A stretch of DNA of 64,000 nucleotides, from NCBI RefSeq assembly GCF_009914755.1, contig NC_060928.1. One strand, 5' to 3'. The DNA is from the human T2T-CHM13v2.0 reference genome, Homo sapiens. This document shows positions 1 through 20,277 of the stretch, piece after piece (position 1 is the stretch's first letter; each line of letters opens with the position of its first letter). The position numbers and the translations under genes are program-made. A model generated the notes under the pieces. That model searched no databases. It worked only from the letters and a program-made list of their open reading frames with translations, and was not told where the DNA came from.

Positions 1-2560
1 TATACTCAATGTACTTAAAGTATATTTCAAGGCTATAAATAGCTCAAAAGAAAAAGATTCTTTAGACTCTGAAAAAACAAAATGAAAACAATCAGCAACA
101 TTTCAAACAACAAAAGCCATACAAATTGTTTTTGTCTTCCATTAGTTCAGTGTATGCAATCAACTCCTATTCTACTTCATATTGGGTTAGCAATCTTTAT
201 GAACACATAAGCCTTTAAATTGGAGCCCTGGAAGTTTTGTCTCTAATCCAATGGCACAATCTCCAAAGTTATCAGAAAACTTGTATTTAAGAGTCCTTTT
301 CGTGAACTCCTCCAAAGAAGCAAGATTGAACTGTAGCTGATTATAAGTCTCTTTTTTGAGAAGGATCAAAGAAAAACAAATTTTCGATGACAAAAGTCTT
401 AAGACAGCTATGAAGACATGGTTGACAAGGAAATTTGTTTATTTTTGTGGCATACAACAATTTAACACAATAATTATATATTACTGATAATATATATTAA
501 GACGTGTAAGAACTTTAGGAATCTCATACAATCCTGGAACACATATGAACAACACATCTATAAATATAACCGAAAGGAAGCTAAACACCATCTCAGATTT
601 GACAGTACTTCCTGTATAATTCTAACTTTACAAATAAGCCTAATAAGCCCGATATGTCTCTCTTGGATTTCAGGGAACTTAATATCCAAAAAGTTTAGTT
701 TGAGGTCAAAAGATTGAATTTAACATGAAATTTTGCTGTTGGAAAGTCTGTCAGATTTCAAAGGTTTAAGACACTAGATATCACAAAATAGGATCACAAG
801 TTACTATAAAATTGTCATTCAAGTAGCCAAAATTATGTTTACTCCTCATAGAGAGGAAACATATTTTCCCAATCAATAAGACTTAAGACAGCATGAGGCC
901 AAGTATATCTGTCTCTTCCCCCTCCATTTTCTCCCTGCAGTTCACCCAAAAGGTAAACAAAATCTCTTATCTCTTAATATTACATAAACATTTTGCTCAA
1001 AAGAGAAAACCAAAATTTCACCTTTTGTATGGTATATAACTAAAGCTAATTTTAATAAAACCTTATAAACAAATCTGTCTAATTTTAATCAGTTTGACCA
1101 TAAGGTAAGGTTTTCACAACCTTTTTAAATTTTCTATTAAACCACAGATCAACACTTCAAGAAAGTCCTGTTATTCCAACACATGGCCCCAGATACTGGC
1201 CTTGCATCAGTGTCCTTTCTATATTAATGTTTAATTTACAGAAAATATCTGAACTAACCTTGTAACTCAAAATTGGCTATTGCAATCTTATGTACCCACC
1301 TCTTCCATGACAGTCCCTGGGCCTAGAAGAATTGGATAGTTTAATTTCTGGTCTTGTGTCTCACAAAAGCAGTTCATTTTGATAATCACCTTCTCCTGAG
1401 TGTGTTGTTGATGCTTCAACTGGTGTCAATGCTCAGAATTTAGCAGGGGGTCAGTACCTTTTTCAGATCCAAGAGTCAAAGACCTGTAACTTAACAGTAC
1501 AAGCATTAGTTAATAAGATACTTATACTATAGAAGGTCCTATCATTCTCTCTAACACGTACAAATTAAAACGCTGTGATTTAGGAGTTACTGCCATCAGT
1601 ACTTCAAAGCAGTGTATTAAAGTAGTTAGGTTACTCATTGCATATATCTGATTGCTAGTATTCTAGTGACAGAACTGTGACCAAAACCATCAAAAATGTC
1701 TTAGGTCCCATGCCAAAAGTATCAAAGTAAGACAACTAACTTTACGTAATCTCCATCATTAAAAAATAGTTAATGCAAATACCAGTTTTGGAAATTCAGT
1801 ATCAAGATAATCTCCTTTTACTTAAATACTATACAACAACAAAAAAGGACAAAGCAAGAACAAACACAAAATAATTTCTTTTCGGCTACTTTAAAAGAGC
1901 ATCATCACATATTTCCAAGATTGGTTTCCAGTTACAGTACTGACAAGTGATTAGCTAACTTTCGCCACCAAAATCTTCAAACCAGAATGACACTTGCACA
2001 TATTTTGTTTTCAAGTGCACACTTGAAGGCCCATCAGTAATAAATAACTTGGGATCAAAAATCACTAGAAAGCCTCACATTTTTTATTACTACTTACTCC
2101 AAGTGAATGTCACTTAATTTTAATAATGGTCAACACAACTGAATTAGTATGAGAGAAATCCCAATTAATATAATTTTCTTAATGACAAGGCCAATCTTTT
2201 CTGAACGTTAAAACTTTGAACCCATGTCACAGTTTCTCTCTGTTTCCTAAAGAAGATGTAAAACCTACTAAAATTACTAATTAAATTGAATTACCTTGGA
2301 AATAAACATCATTTAAACAATTTTATTCTCACCTACTTTTTCAAATAATAAATAATGTACAATTTCTGTTCAGAACTTACTGAAGACTTTTGTGGTTTTT
2401 TTGTTTGTTTGTTTGTTTGTTTTTTTTTTTTTTGGCCAGGAACCTTAAAGTTCTCATAGCTCTCTAGATTATTAGTGGCAAGCAAAACCAACCAAATTCT
2501 AAATGGCTGGTGTGCAAATCAATTCCTGCAGTCCTGACAAAGGTAGCTTAGGAATTCCAG
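1..2560 (-). mobile_element. Decayed ERV1 (MER4-group-like) internal sequence, running off the window start
   Basis: AT-rich non-coding sequence that I recognise as resembling MER4-group internal regions (e.g. tccaatggcacaatctccaaagttatcagaaaac). No intact ORF; subfamily and right boundary approximate. Confidence 0.6.
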
Positions 2561-2649
2561 AGGTCATTCTCCTAAGAAGGCACAGATCAACACAAACTTG
2601 AGGTTAACTCTTGACTCAGAATAGTTAAAATAACTCCACCAAATAAGAG

Positions 2650-3012
2650 CGTCAGGCAGAGATGATTTCATAGGAATTGAACAAATTTTAAATATTTTAT
2701 AATCCCAGATGCGACTTAGACTATTTCAGAGCATTGGAAAAAAAAAAGGAAAACTTCTAAATTCATTTTTTGAAGTGTGTAGAACATAGATTAAAAAACC
2801 TTATAAAGATTATATCTAAAAAGGTATCTGCAGACTGACCTCACTTATGAATATAATAGAGAAATAAGTAAAATAGAACACTGCATTTAAAAATAATATC
2901 TCATGAGTAAGTGAGGTTTACTCTAAAAGTACAAGAGTAATTCAGTAGAAGACAAGAAACGGTATAATACATCATATAAATAGCACTAACGAGAAAAATC
3001 ATAATCATTTCT
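2650..3012 (+). mobile_element. Old L1M ORF2 (reverse transcriptase region) fragment
   Basis: Degenerate match to L1 ORF2 (aaacttctaaattcattttttgaag ... cttatgaatata ... aaaaatcataatcatttc), collinear with the younger copy at about 8220-8500. Confidence 0.6.
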
Positions 3013-3450
3013 ATTTTGGTTATTTATTGCTGCAATAAAACCACCTCAAAACTCAGTGATTGATAAAAATATTTATTTATTTGGTCATTACTCCACAAAT
3101 TGTGCAGGTCTTGGCTGGGGTAGCTTGTTTCTGCTCCATGTGGTATCTGTTAGGGCTGGAATGTTCAAAATGGCTTCTTTAGTTATATATCTCCTCAGCT
3201 GGGAATGGCTGGAACAGCTAGGGGTTGGTTTCTCTTTTCATGTGAACTTTCCTTGTAGCTAGTTTGGGTTTTCATATAACATGACAGGTTCATGGTAGTT
3301 GGACTTCTTGCATGGTAACTGGCTTTTCCCAACTGCAAAAGTGGAAGCTTTGAGGACTTTTTAGTATTACTTCTGCCATAATATATAGATCAAAGAAAGG
3401 GGAAGTAGATTGTACTTCTTGATGCAGGAGTGCAAAGCTCATTATGAGAG
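3013..3450 (-). mobile_element. MaLR LTR (MLT1 family, old)
   Basis: ttattgctgcaataaaaccacctcaaaactcagtga ... cttggctgggg ... ttcaaaatggcttc is typical of MLT1 in reverse orientation. Confidence 0.65.
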
Positions 3451-3459
3451 AATATAAGG

Positions 3460-9050
<5,591 letters not shown>

Positions 9051-9965
9051 TGTTGATAAGGATGTAAAAACTTGTACTCTTAAAACTGTACGTGGGACTA
9101 CAAAATGGCACAATCCCATTAAAGAGGAACTTTATAATATTGAACACAATAAAATGTTTATGTACTCTTTGACCGGAAATCTTCCTTCTAGAATTTATTC
9201 CAAGCATATACTGGCAAAAACATGAAATGACCTATACACAAAGCAATATGCTCAAGCAGTATTTTTCGTAGCAAATAAGGGAAAACAACCCAATGACTAT
9301 CAGCAGCTGAGTGACTAACCTATTGTATATTCCTACAATCAAGTACTATGTACCTAAAAAAGGAGTGAAATGTCTGTTACTACTATGGCATAATCCCCTG
9401 AATATAATGTTAAGTAAAAAAGCAAGGTCAAGGCAAACATGTATAGAATGTTTGCTTTTATTAAAAACAATATGAACAGTTGAAAAGCAATATGACTAAT
9501 TCTTTTTTAAAAAAACGATCTATGTAGAAGGAAGGGAATAAAAGGGTAGAAAGGACTCGGGGAGATGCAAGCTAAACTTCTGTAAATCTTAAGTTGTAGA
9601 TTTCATTGTAGAATTCTGTGAATATTTTATATAATTAAAAAGAAGAATTTAAAATATCTTAAACATTGAAAAATAAATGAACCTAAATGTGTATCTAGCT
9701 GGTATCATACCTATTTAAAAATGACCTTTTGCAACTGAAGTTACTTTAAAACATAGTAATTTTGCCATACATCCATAATGAGATATACTCTAAGGAAAAA
9801 AAAGATCTGCAAAAGCCTTAAACTGTTTTGAATAAACACGTTATTGATAATAATATTGGCAATTTTGTTTTGAAACTATATTTGTGATAAAGCAAATGAG
9901 TTATGTTGGGGTTTTTGAACCTTGGGATTTTTTATTTGGATGAAAGGAGACTGTGATAGAGATGT
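9051..9965 (+). mobile_element. Old L1 (L1MC/L1ME-type) end of ORF2 and 3'UTR fragment
   Basis: Degenerate L1 3' motifs (cttccttctagaatttattcc, ggaaaacaacccaa, ttaagtaaaaaaagcaag) and an L1MC-like 3'UTR (gagatatactctaagga … gataaagcaaatgag). Confidence 0.65.
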
Positions 9966-9984
9966 GAGTGTATCTCATACAGGG

Positions 9985-10262
9985 AGTGTTAACTGACTTA
10001 GGGTCTCATCACTCTTTGAAATCCGTGATGCATTTGCACCCTCATGACATCTACCATGGGCTGCTTTCCCCCAGTGACTAAGTGTGGCCAGGGTATTAAG
10101 GTGAACCCATTGCAGGGAGCCATAGCCCTTTATTGGCTGACTTTGGCCCAAGAACTCCTGTATGGCTTTGTTAAACCTTCCATAGAAGTCTAGGATACTT
10201 CCATCCAACTCTATCACTTTCTCAGTCTTTCTCTCCATCACTTGGAGTCAAACTTATATCCC
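9985..10262 (+). mobile_element. ERVL LTR16-family LTR fragment
   Basis: cccccagtgactaag … ggctgactttggcccaagaactcc … gtctaggatacttccatccaac … ggagtcaaactt resembles LTR16A/C. Confidence 0.65.
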
Positions 10263-13039
10263 AGTATTTCAAGTTTTATTAAAGGAGTAATAAAAGGCAT
10301 ATACAGAGGGTATCATGCAATAAGCCTTTCTAATAGTATTTTTTTAAGTATCTTTCTTCCCAAACTCCCCTATCTAAACCCCTCTTTTTTCCTTACAGTC
10401 CCTACCCTATTTGTACACTCCTCTGCTCTGAACATTGAAGAGCCTGCAATTCCTGAAGAATGACAGTCTCTATCACTGTGTACAGTTACTGAGAAATGCA
10501 GCATGGGCTCTGACTGTTTTCTCTGGTAAAGCGTTGCCCCCATTTTACCACAGTTTCCAGGTATTTATTTAGAATCTTTCAAAAATTAGAAAAACTCAGA
10601 GACTAGACATATGTAGCATAAGGACCTTCAGCTTTCTAAAGCCTCACTTGCTCGTGACCAGTTTCAGCGTTCTCCAGAGTAATAACTGCTTCCCACAGAT
10701 GGAGAGGGACCTGGAGGCAGGTGTACCAAACAAGAGGTTTCTTTCTTTGCTTTCATTTTTTTCATTGGCTTTCCTTGTGTAAATATAACCAGCAGGTCAG
10801 GAAGTACATTCCAAATCAGGATAAAAGATGTAGCTGCCTCCGAGGAGAGAATGAAAGTAAAGTTTTAATGTGTTTTCAGAATGAAATCGAACACATTCAG
10901 ACACAAAGAACATCTATTTCCTCTCTAAGCACCTTTATCCCCTGAAAGTGTGAGACTATCTTGACCTACCATATTTAAGTATTAACTAGAGAAACTTGCC
11001 AGATGTACAAAAATGAGGAGTTCAGAGACAATTTCTTACGGAGAAGCCAACCCATTTTTTCTCCTTAAAATAAAAAAAAAACAAAAAGAAAAAGTTTTCA
11101 TTGAAGAAAGTAAAGTCTGACTGATGTAAGACACTGTAGATCTGAAGACTCCCACTTGGATCTTCCTCAAGATAGAAAATGAGAAGAAACCTCTGTCTAG
11201 TGTGCATGTTAACATTTCTTGACTTTCTTCTGTGTGCCTCTAACAATTGAAATCTTTCCCAGAGATGCTGATAGCTTTACTGTACATTTGATAATTTAAA
11301 AACTCTTTCACATAAAAAAAGACGGGGAAAGTGATGTTATTTTCCTGCTCAGTGGAAATTTGACCCTCATTTCTTCTCACCAATAAATGAATTTCATTTC
11401 TCAAGTTATGTTCTCCTTTTCTGAAAGTTATTAAAATATAAATTGATGACCTCTTGGAATTTCCATGGAGATCACTGTATTTCAAAAATTCTTAAACCAC
11501 AAATCTCTCCAAATGTAACCCTGACTAACCTGGCTCCTAAAGAATATTGTTTCAATTGTGAAAAGGCAATTAAGAATAGTTTACGAAAAAAAGGGGAGGA
11601 GACTAAAAAAGCACATATCGGATTTAGCTCTACTGTTCTCTCCCTTCGTGTTTAAATAATAATCTCTCAGAGATTAAAGGCGGATTGTCTGTTGAATTGA
11701 TGCTCAAAGGAAAGGAGCTGAAATTGTTCACTGGTTGCCATTTTCCTTCTATGCAATTTTCACTTAAAAATGCTATTCTAATGTATTTATATATATATAT
11801 ATAAGTACATAAGATTTTGTTGTTTAAATACAAACGAAAAGTTGTTTAAAGTCTAGGAAACCAATACATAATTAGAATGATGCTTGAAATTTTCATTTAT
11901 TTTTGCAACTGTGAAATGTAAGCAAAATATATTATTTTAAAAGTTTATATTATATCCTAATACAATGTATATTTGAATCAATTAAAATGTAATATGCATT
12001 ATTAAATCAGTGAAAGCCTCGCTTTTAAAAAATAATTATTTTCATTTTAATTATAGATTCATTTTCTGCTAATTCAACAAATAACTTCAAAAATTTTGAG
12101 GAAAAGATGACTGGTGTAAAATTTTTAAAAAACAATAATAAAAGTTTGTTTCTAAAATGTTAGAAAAAATGAGTTAGAAAAACTTTTAGGGAAAAATGAG
12201 TGTGTGTTATTCTGATCAATTAATATTATACAAACATACTGAACCTATTTTATATATGTGTATGCTTCTAATTGGTCTACATTTTTTATAATCCAGTCAG
12301 TTACATTGAAGCTTCTACATCAAAATTTAAACTTAGAATTGAATAAGTTGTGATTAGAATTTAATTATTTAGAAAATTGCAAAACTATGTATCATGTTTC
12401 CTTTGTTATTCTCTGAAATATGTGAATACTAGAATGGTATAAAATTAATCCTAGAAAAATCGCAACCAAAGTTTTGTAAATTTAATCAATTTTCTCTTTA
12501 CTTTCAAGAAAACTAAAAGAAAAATGACAACAATATCAAAAATAAAAGTTGTTGAAAGAGAGATGACAGTCAAGCCTTTTCCAAGCCTATGTTGTGGTGA
12601 TCACATTATTTTTCTCTTAAGATAGTGAATATAGTGGATTGCATTAATTTATGTTATATATTATAGTAACAAAATACAATTTATTGAGTCTTTACTGCAG
12701 ACTACGTTGAAATATAAGGTACTCAGTTTTCCTGGCTTCCTGTATGGAGAGGAGAAAGAAGAAAGGATGGCATGAAGGAGATGATTTATGGAGCACATGA
12801 TTTTTGAGTCTTGTATAGACGTTTTTAGAGAAGAGGGGGAAGAAGGACCTTTTAGACTGAGGGTTGAGGGCTATCAAGGGCACAGGGAACTGTGCAATGG
12901 CTGTAGTGTACATGTAATTAGGTTAATGGCAAATCAAAAGATAAGTTTCTGGCCCCAGAGGATAATCTCTGTGTACTATAGCCTCAGTAAGTAAATTGTA
13001 AAGCAGGAGGAGATAGAGACTGGACCACAGTTTTATTGG

Positions 13040-13293
13040 TGGCCATGTTCTCTACACATGACCACACTGCCTATCAGGTAGCCAGCCAGCTAAGGCTCTG
13101 TTAGCAACACTCCCTCTTTGTCTCCTCAGGCTTGAGGGTGAGAAGAGCTTCCTACTCCGTCATTGTGGCTAATTCTTGTGTGTTTCCATCACCCTTTGTG
13201 AACATTCTGAACCCTGTTGATAGCTCCATTATACTCTCTCCCCTTAAGCTCTTTCAGTGTTTCATTTGTTTTCTGTTGGGACTCTGACTGATA
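13040..13293 (+). mobile_element. ERVL LTR (LTR33-like) 3' fragment
   Basis: Ends tgttttctgttgggactctgactgata, like the LTR33 terminus (tgtttcctgccgggaccctgactgataca). Confidence 0.5.
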
Positions 13294-13579
13294 AAGTGAA
13301 TTTTGGATGTGAACAGGGAGGAATAAAATCTCAGAGGATTCCACATAGTTTGGCTTGGGTGTTCAGGCAAATGGTGTATAGTTGACCATTTATATTGGAA
13401 AAGTATATTACTATATTTCTTTATAAATATGCTATAATGTAAAGTTGTTTAAAAATATTCTAGATAATTTTAACTAGCTTTTTTTCTTTTACTGTTATAA
13501 CATAAGACAAAAGAAGAAAAAGTTTTGAGAAATTTTAACTTAGTGTGAGGTTTTGTTTGTAATTCACAACAAAGATAAA

Positions 13580-15300
13580 ATGACTAATGAGGAAATTAAA
13601 ATCTGCATGTCAAATTAAAGAGAACTAATGGATAGGAATTAAAATTAGTAGGGAATAATAATGAGAGAGTTTAGCAAAATTGCATGATGCAAGGTAATAT
13701 ACAAATTACGTTTTATTTTACATACAATCAACAAGCAGAAAATGAAAGAAAAAACTTTCCACATTAATAGTAATATCCTGTTGTTAGACATAAATCTAAC
13801 AAAAGATGTACAAGACTTATTAAGAACAAATGCAATAAAACTTTATTGAAAAAACTTTAAAAATCATAAATAAGTAGTGAGACACTATTTTTAGCTTCAT
13901 GATTGGAAGCTACAGTATCATAAAGATGTTTATTCTTTACAAATTGGAAATTCAAATAAAAATTCCAAGAGCTTTTTAAAAGTGGAAGTTGACAAATATA
14001 TTTTAAAAATTTGGTAGTGATACAAAGAAAATCAAAGACATTTTGAAAAAGAAAGGATAAGAGTTCTTTTTTTGACATCAAAATTTATCATAAATGCTCA
14101 GTCATTGACAGTGTGATATTGGCAGAAGACAGATACATAAAAACTGGAAGAAAATAGAGAAGCCAGAAACAGATCTATGTATATATAAATATTTGATACA
14201 TGACAAAAGAGGCATTGAAGGTTCTTTTCATTAAAGTTTTAAACATTGCATAGGCAATATAGTGATTACTTCAGGGTGGAGAAAGATTTATTTAAAGTGG
14301 AAAAAAGTCTATAACAATGAATAATTTTGATATATTGGTATATATTCAAATTAGATTTAATTATAGAAACTCCAATAAGAGCAAAAATACAAACTACGTG
14401 TGGAATAATATATTTGCAGAGCATATAGTAAATAAAAATCTAAAATCTAGAATATATGAAACACTCCTACAAAACAATACAATATAAATAACAATAATAA
14501 AGTGGACAAAAAACTGGAATGAGCATTTTGCATGAGAGGAAATTAATATGACAAAACATCAATAAAAATAGGAAAATGCAAATTAAAAGCACTCTGAGGT
14601 TGCTTAACCTCACACTGGATTGCTTATATTAAAAAGTTCTAAATTACTACATGTTGGGAATGGTGTGAAGCAAAATGAACTTTCACACTCTCATAGTGAA
14701 GTGTAAATTGGATCAACAATTTTGGAAACAAGTGGCTTTATTTTGTAAATCTGAAATTAACAAATGTGCTATTACATAGCTCTTGTATTGCTAGCCATAG
14801 ATCTTTGAGAAATGTATACTCAGAAATGTACACATGTACAGGAAATTCTAGCAGCATATTTATAATAGACCCAAAGGAGAAAGGATAAATAAATGGTTGT
14901 ATATTCATACACGAGAATACAATGAAAATGAGGTACAGCTACATGCACCAACATATGTGGAACATACTAAAGAAATACATGTGGAAATGCTAAAGAAACA
15001 ATATATTACAAATATATACTTTGTGGTTTCATTTATAGAAAGTTCAAAAACAAGCAAAATTACACCATATCGTTTAGGGGTACATACTTAAGTGATGTAA
15101 AGAGGTGAGGTGATGATTCTAAAATTTGGAGACTGACATAAAGAAAATGTTGGAGTAAATATCATAAAAGTGAGAAGGTAGTTAGCCATGCTGTAGGAGG
15201 TGGGAAAATGGAGTTGTGAGCAGGACGGAGTGATCAGCGGCTTCTATCTAAAGTATTGTTTTTGTTTTTATCTCAAAATAATCTTATGAGTATATTATTT
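13580..15300 (+). mobile_element. L1ME-type ORF2 3' half and 3'UTR, highly decayed
   Basis: Collinear L1 motifs: gagtttagcaaaattgcatgatgcaag, aatctaacaaaagatgtacaagac, tcatgattggaag, agaagccagaaacagatc, aatgcaaattaaa, gttcaaaaacaagcaaaa. Confidence 0.75.
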
Positions 15301-15627
15301 TAATATAAATTCATATTCAAGATAAGGAAGTTTTTCCATGCTCTTTGCGGCAAGTTTCCTTGGTGCTTTTCATTTGGGCCTTTTTGTGGTTATCTGGCTT
15401 GAAATTATTTCCACTTTGCTAAAGAGAACTGGAGAGAAATAACTGACTTTGGTAACTAAATTCTGCATATTTCAGGAGGTGAAAATGCTCTAATTTAGCT
15501 CACATGATGAAAAAAACTTGAAGTAGTTTCAAGTTGTACAAAAGAAGTAATAAGCAAGAAAGTGTATGTAGAAAAATAAATATATTGTAGAAAATTATTA
15601 CATCTTGTTCCAAAATGAGAAACAGCA

Positions 15628-15995
15628 TATTATGGACTAAACTGTACCCATCCTCAGAATTCATATGTTGAAATCCTAACCCCAAATATCATGGTATTTG
15701 GAGACTGAGGCTTTGGGAGGTCACTAGGTTTAGATGACATCATAAGGGTTGGGCCCTCATGATGGGATTAGTGCTCCTATTAGAAGAAACACCAGAGTTT
15801 GTTCCTGCTTTCTCTGCCATGTTGATACAGTAGGGTAGCAATCTGAACGCCAGAAAGAGGGCCTGTACCAGAACACAACCATGCTGGCACCCTGATCCCT
15901 CACTTCCAGCCTACAAAACTGTGATAAAATAAATTTCTGTTGTTTACACCACTCAGTGTATGCCATTTGCCACGGCAGCCCAAACTGCCTAATAC
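15628..15995 (+). mobile_element. MaLR solo LTR (MLT1A/MSTD-like)
   Basis: tattatggactaaactgt … attcatatgttgaaatcctaacccc … gggccctcatgatgggattagtg … aataaatttctgttgttta … gcagcccaaactgcctaataca. Confidence 0.85.
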
Positions 15996-16548
15996 AGAGC
16001 AAATACACAATGATACATTGAGAGAAGGAATGTAAAGATTCAATAGCATTACAGATACATATGAAACATCTTTAATGTTCTTTTATTCTTTTTTCTTTTT
16101 AATGTTTGTGGGTACACAGGGTAGGTATATATATTTATGGGAGTACATGAGATATTTTGATACATGCAGAGTAAATGGGGTATCAACATTATTCATCACC
16201 TCAAGCATTTATCCTTTCTTTGTGTAATGAACATTCCGATTAAACTATTTTGGCTCTTTTAAATGTACGATAAAGTACTGTTGACTGTAGTCACCCTGTT
16301 GTGCTATCAAATACTACATCTTATTCATTCTGTTTTTTTTTGAACCTGTTAGCCATTCTCATTTCCCCAGCCCAGCTATCCTTCCCATCCTCTGGTAACC
16401 ATCATTCTACTCTCTATCATCGTGAATTCAATTGTTTTAGCTTCTAGCTTCCACAAATAAGTGAGAACAAGCAAAGTTTGTCTTTCTGTGCCTGGCTTAT
16501 TTTACTTAACAAAATTACCTCAAGTTTCATGTATGTTGTTGCACATGA

Positions 16549-16883
<335 letters not shown>

Positions 16884-19396
16884 GATCTCAGCCTTTTTAT
16901 TCCATATGTATATGTACTACATTTTCTTTAACTATTCATCTGTTGAAGGACACTTAAGTTGCTTACAAATCTTGGCTATTGTGAAAAATACTGCAACAAA
17001 CATGAGCGTGCAGACATGATATACTGATATACTTTGTTTTGGGTATAGGCTTAGCAGTGGGATTGCTGGTTCACATGATACCTCTGTTTTTAGTTTTCTG
17101 AGGAACGTACAAACTGTTCTCCATAGTGGCTATAGTAATTTACAGTGCTATCAACAGTGTATCAGGGTTCTCTTTTCTCCACATGGTCACCAGTATTTGT
17201 TATTGCCTATATTTTGGATAAAAGCCATTTTAACTGGAATGAGATGATATCTCATTATAGTTTTGATTTGCATTTTTGTAGTGATTAATGATGTTGAGCA
17301 CCTTTTTATATGCCTATTTGTCATTTGTATATCTTCTTTTGAGACATGTCTATTCAAATCTTTGGCCTATTTTTTGATTGGATTATTAGATTTCAGCCTA
17401 TACAATTGTTTGAACTCTTTGTATATTCTGGTTATTAATCCCTTGTCAGAAGGGTAGTTTTCTTCCATTCTGTGGGTTGTCTCTTTACTTTGTTGATTGT
17501 TTTGTTTGTTGTGCAGAAGCTTTTTGACTTGATGTGATCCCATTTTTCTATTTTTGCTTTGGTTGCCTGTGCTTTTGGGGTATTGTTCAAGAAATCTTTG
17601 CCCAGATCAATGTCCCAGAGATTTTCTCCAGTGTTTTCTTGTAGTAGTTTCACAGTTTGAGGTCTTAGATTTAAGTCTTTAATTCATCTTGATTTGATTT
17701 TTGTATATGGTGAGAGATAGGGGTCTAGTTTCATTCTTCTGTATATGGATATTCAGTATTTCTGGCACCATTTATTGAAAACTCATTTCCCTAATATATA
17801 TTCTTTGCACCTTTATAAAAAATGAATGCACTTGTGGTGTATGAATTTGTTTCTCAGTTCTCTATTCTGTTCCTTTGATTTATGTATCTGTTTTTATGCC
17901 AGTACCATGCTGTTTCAGTTACTACAGCTCCATAGTATAATTTGAAGTCAGGTAAAGTGATTCATCTAGTTGTGTTCCTTTTACTTAGGATAGCTTTGGC
18001 TATTCTGGGTCTTTTGTGGTTCCATATAAATTTTAGGATTGTTTTTCTATTTCTGTGAAGAATGTCATTGATATTTTTATATAGATTGCATTGAATCCAT
18101 AGATTTCTTTGGGTAATGTGAACATTTTAACAATATTGTTTCTTCCAATCCATGAACATGGTATATTGTCCCATTTTTTGGTGTCCCCTTCCATTTCTTT
18201 TATCAATATTTTATAGTTTTTATTGTAGAGATCCTTCATTTATTTGGTTAATTCCTAAGTATTTAATTTTGTTTGTAGCTATAGTAAATGGGATTAATTT
18301 TTGATTTCTTTTTCAGATTATTCACTTTTGATATATGGAAATGCTACTGATTTATCTATATTAATTTTGTATTCTGCAACATTACTGAATTTGTTTATCA
18401 GTTCTAATAGTTTTTCAGTGGAGTCTTTAGGTCTTTCCAAATGTAAGATCATCTCATCTGCAAACAAGGATAATTTGACTTCTTCCTTTGCACCTTTCTA
18501 ATTGGATGACCCTTATTTCTTTTTCTTTTCTGATTGCTCTAGCTAGGACTTCCAGTACTATGTGGAGTACAGTGGAGAAAGTGGGCATCCTTGTCTTATT
18601 GCAAATCTTAGAGAAAAGACTTTCAATTTTTCCCCATTAAGTATGATACTAGCTGTGGGTTTGTCATATTTGGCTTTTATTGTTTTGGGGGTATGTTCCT
18701 TCTTTCCACAGTTTTTGAGGGTTTTTATCATGAAAGGATGTTAAATTTTACTAAATAATTTCTCAGCATCAATTGCAATGATGATATAGTTTTGGTCCTT
18801 TGTTATGTTGATGTGATGTGTCACATTAATTGATTTTCATATGCTAAATCCTCCTTGAATCCCTGGGATAAGTTCCACTTGGTCATGATACATAATCTTT
18901 TTCATATGTTGTTGAATTCAGTTTGCTAGTATTTTGCTGGGGATTTTTGCATCAATGTTCATCAGGGATATTGGCCTGTAGTTTTCTTTTTTTGATGTAT
19001 CTTTGTAGGTAGTTTTGGTATCAAAGTAATACTGGCCTTGTAGAATGAGTTTGGAATTACTCTATCCTTTTCTATTTTTCAGAATAGTTTGAGTAGGATT
19101 GGTATTTGTTGTTCTTTAAATGTGTGGTAAAACTTAGCAGTAAAGTCATTGGGTCCCAGACTTTCATTTGTTGGGAGACTTTTAATTTCAGCTTTAATTT
19201 TGTTACTTTTTATTGGTCTGTTTATGTTTTGGTTTTCTTCATGGTTCAATTTTGGTAAGTTATACATATCTATACATTTATTCATTTCATGTGGGTTTTC
19301 CAATTTATTGGCATAGAGTTACTCATAGTAGCCTCTAATAATCCTTTGAATTTCTGCAGTATCAGTTATAATGTCTCCTTTTTCACTTTCATTAAA

Positions 19397-19555
19397 TTTT
19401 TTTTTTTTTGAGAACAGATCTCACTCTGTCTGCCAGGCTGGGATGCAGTGGCACTATCACACCTCACTGCAGCCTTGACTTCCCAGGCTCGTGTGATCTT
19501 CCCACCTCATCCTCCCAGGTAGCTGGGACTACAGGCAGGAGCCACCATGACCAGC
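19397..19555 (-). mobile_element. Alu right-arm monomer (FRAM/AluJ-type) inside the L1
   Basis: Single monomer containing the right-arm-specific segment. Target-site duplication taatgtctcctttttcact / taatgtcttctttttcact. Confidence 0.85.
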
Positions 19556-19925
19556 TAATGTCTTCTTTTTCACTCTGATTTTATTTATTTGGGTCTTCTC
19601 TTTTTTTTTTCGCAGTCTGGCTAGAGGTTTGCTGATTGTATCTTTTCAAAAAAACCAATTTTCCCTTTTGTTGAACATTTATATTGTTTTCTTCATTTCA
19701 ATTTAATTTATTTCTGATCTTTATTAATTTCTTATACCAATTTTAGGTTTGTTTTGCTCTTGTTTTATAGTTTTTAAAGATGCATCATTAAGTTGTTTGT
19801 TTTAAATTTTTCTGTTCTTTTGATGTAGGTGCTTATAGCTATAAACCTTTTTAGTACTGCTTTCGCTGAATCCCATAGGTTTTGGTATGTTGTGTTTCCC
19901 TTGTCATTTGCTTCAAGATATTTTT

Positions 19926-20277
19926 AAATGATGAGTTCATGTCCTTTGTAGGGACACGGATGAAGCTGGAAATCATCATTCTCAGCAAACTATCGCAAGG
20001 ACAAAAAACTGAACGCCGCATGTTCTCACTCATAGGTGGGAACTGAACAATGGAACACTTGGACACAGGAAGGGGAACATCACAAACCGGGGCCTGTTGT
20101 GGGGTAGGGGGATGGGGGAGGGATAGCATTAGGAGATATACCTAATGTAAATGACGAGTTAATGGGTGCAGCACACCAACATGACACATGTATACATATG
20201 TAACAAACCTGCACATTGTGCACATGTACCCTAGAACTTAAAGTATAATAATAAAAAAAAAATATATATATATATAT
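19926..20277 (+). mobile_element. L1PA4/5-like 3' end (about 340 bp) inserted antisense into the older L1MA; tail decays into (AT)n
   Basis: Near-consensus L1PA 3'UTR: gatgagttcatgtcctttgtaggg … gggagggatagcattaggagatatacctaatgtaaatgacgag … ccctagaacttaaagtataataataaaaaa. Confidence 0.92.
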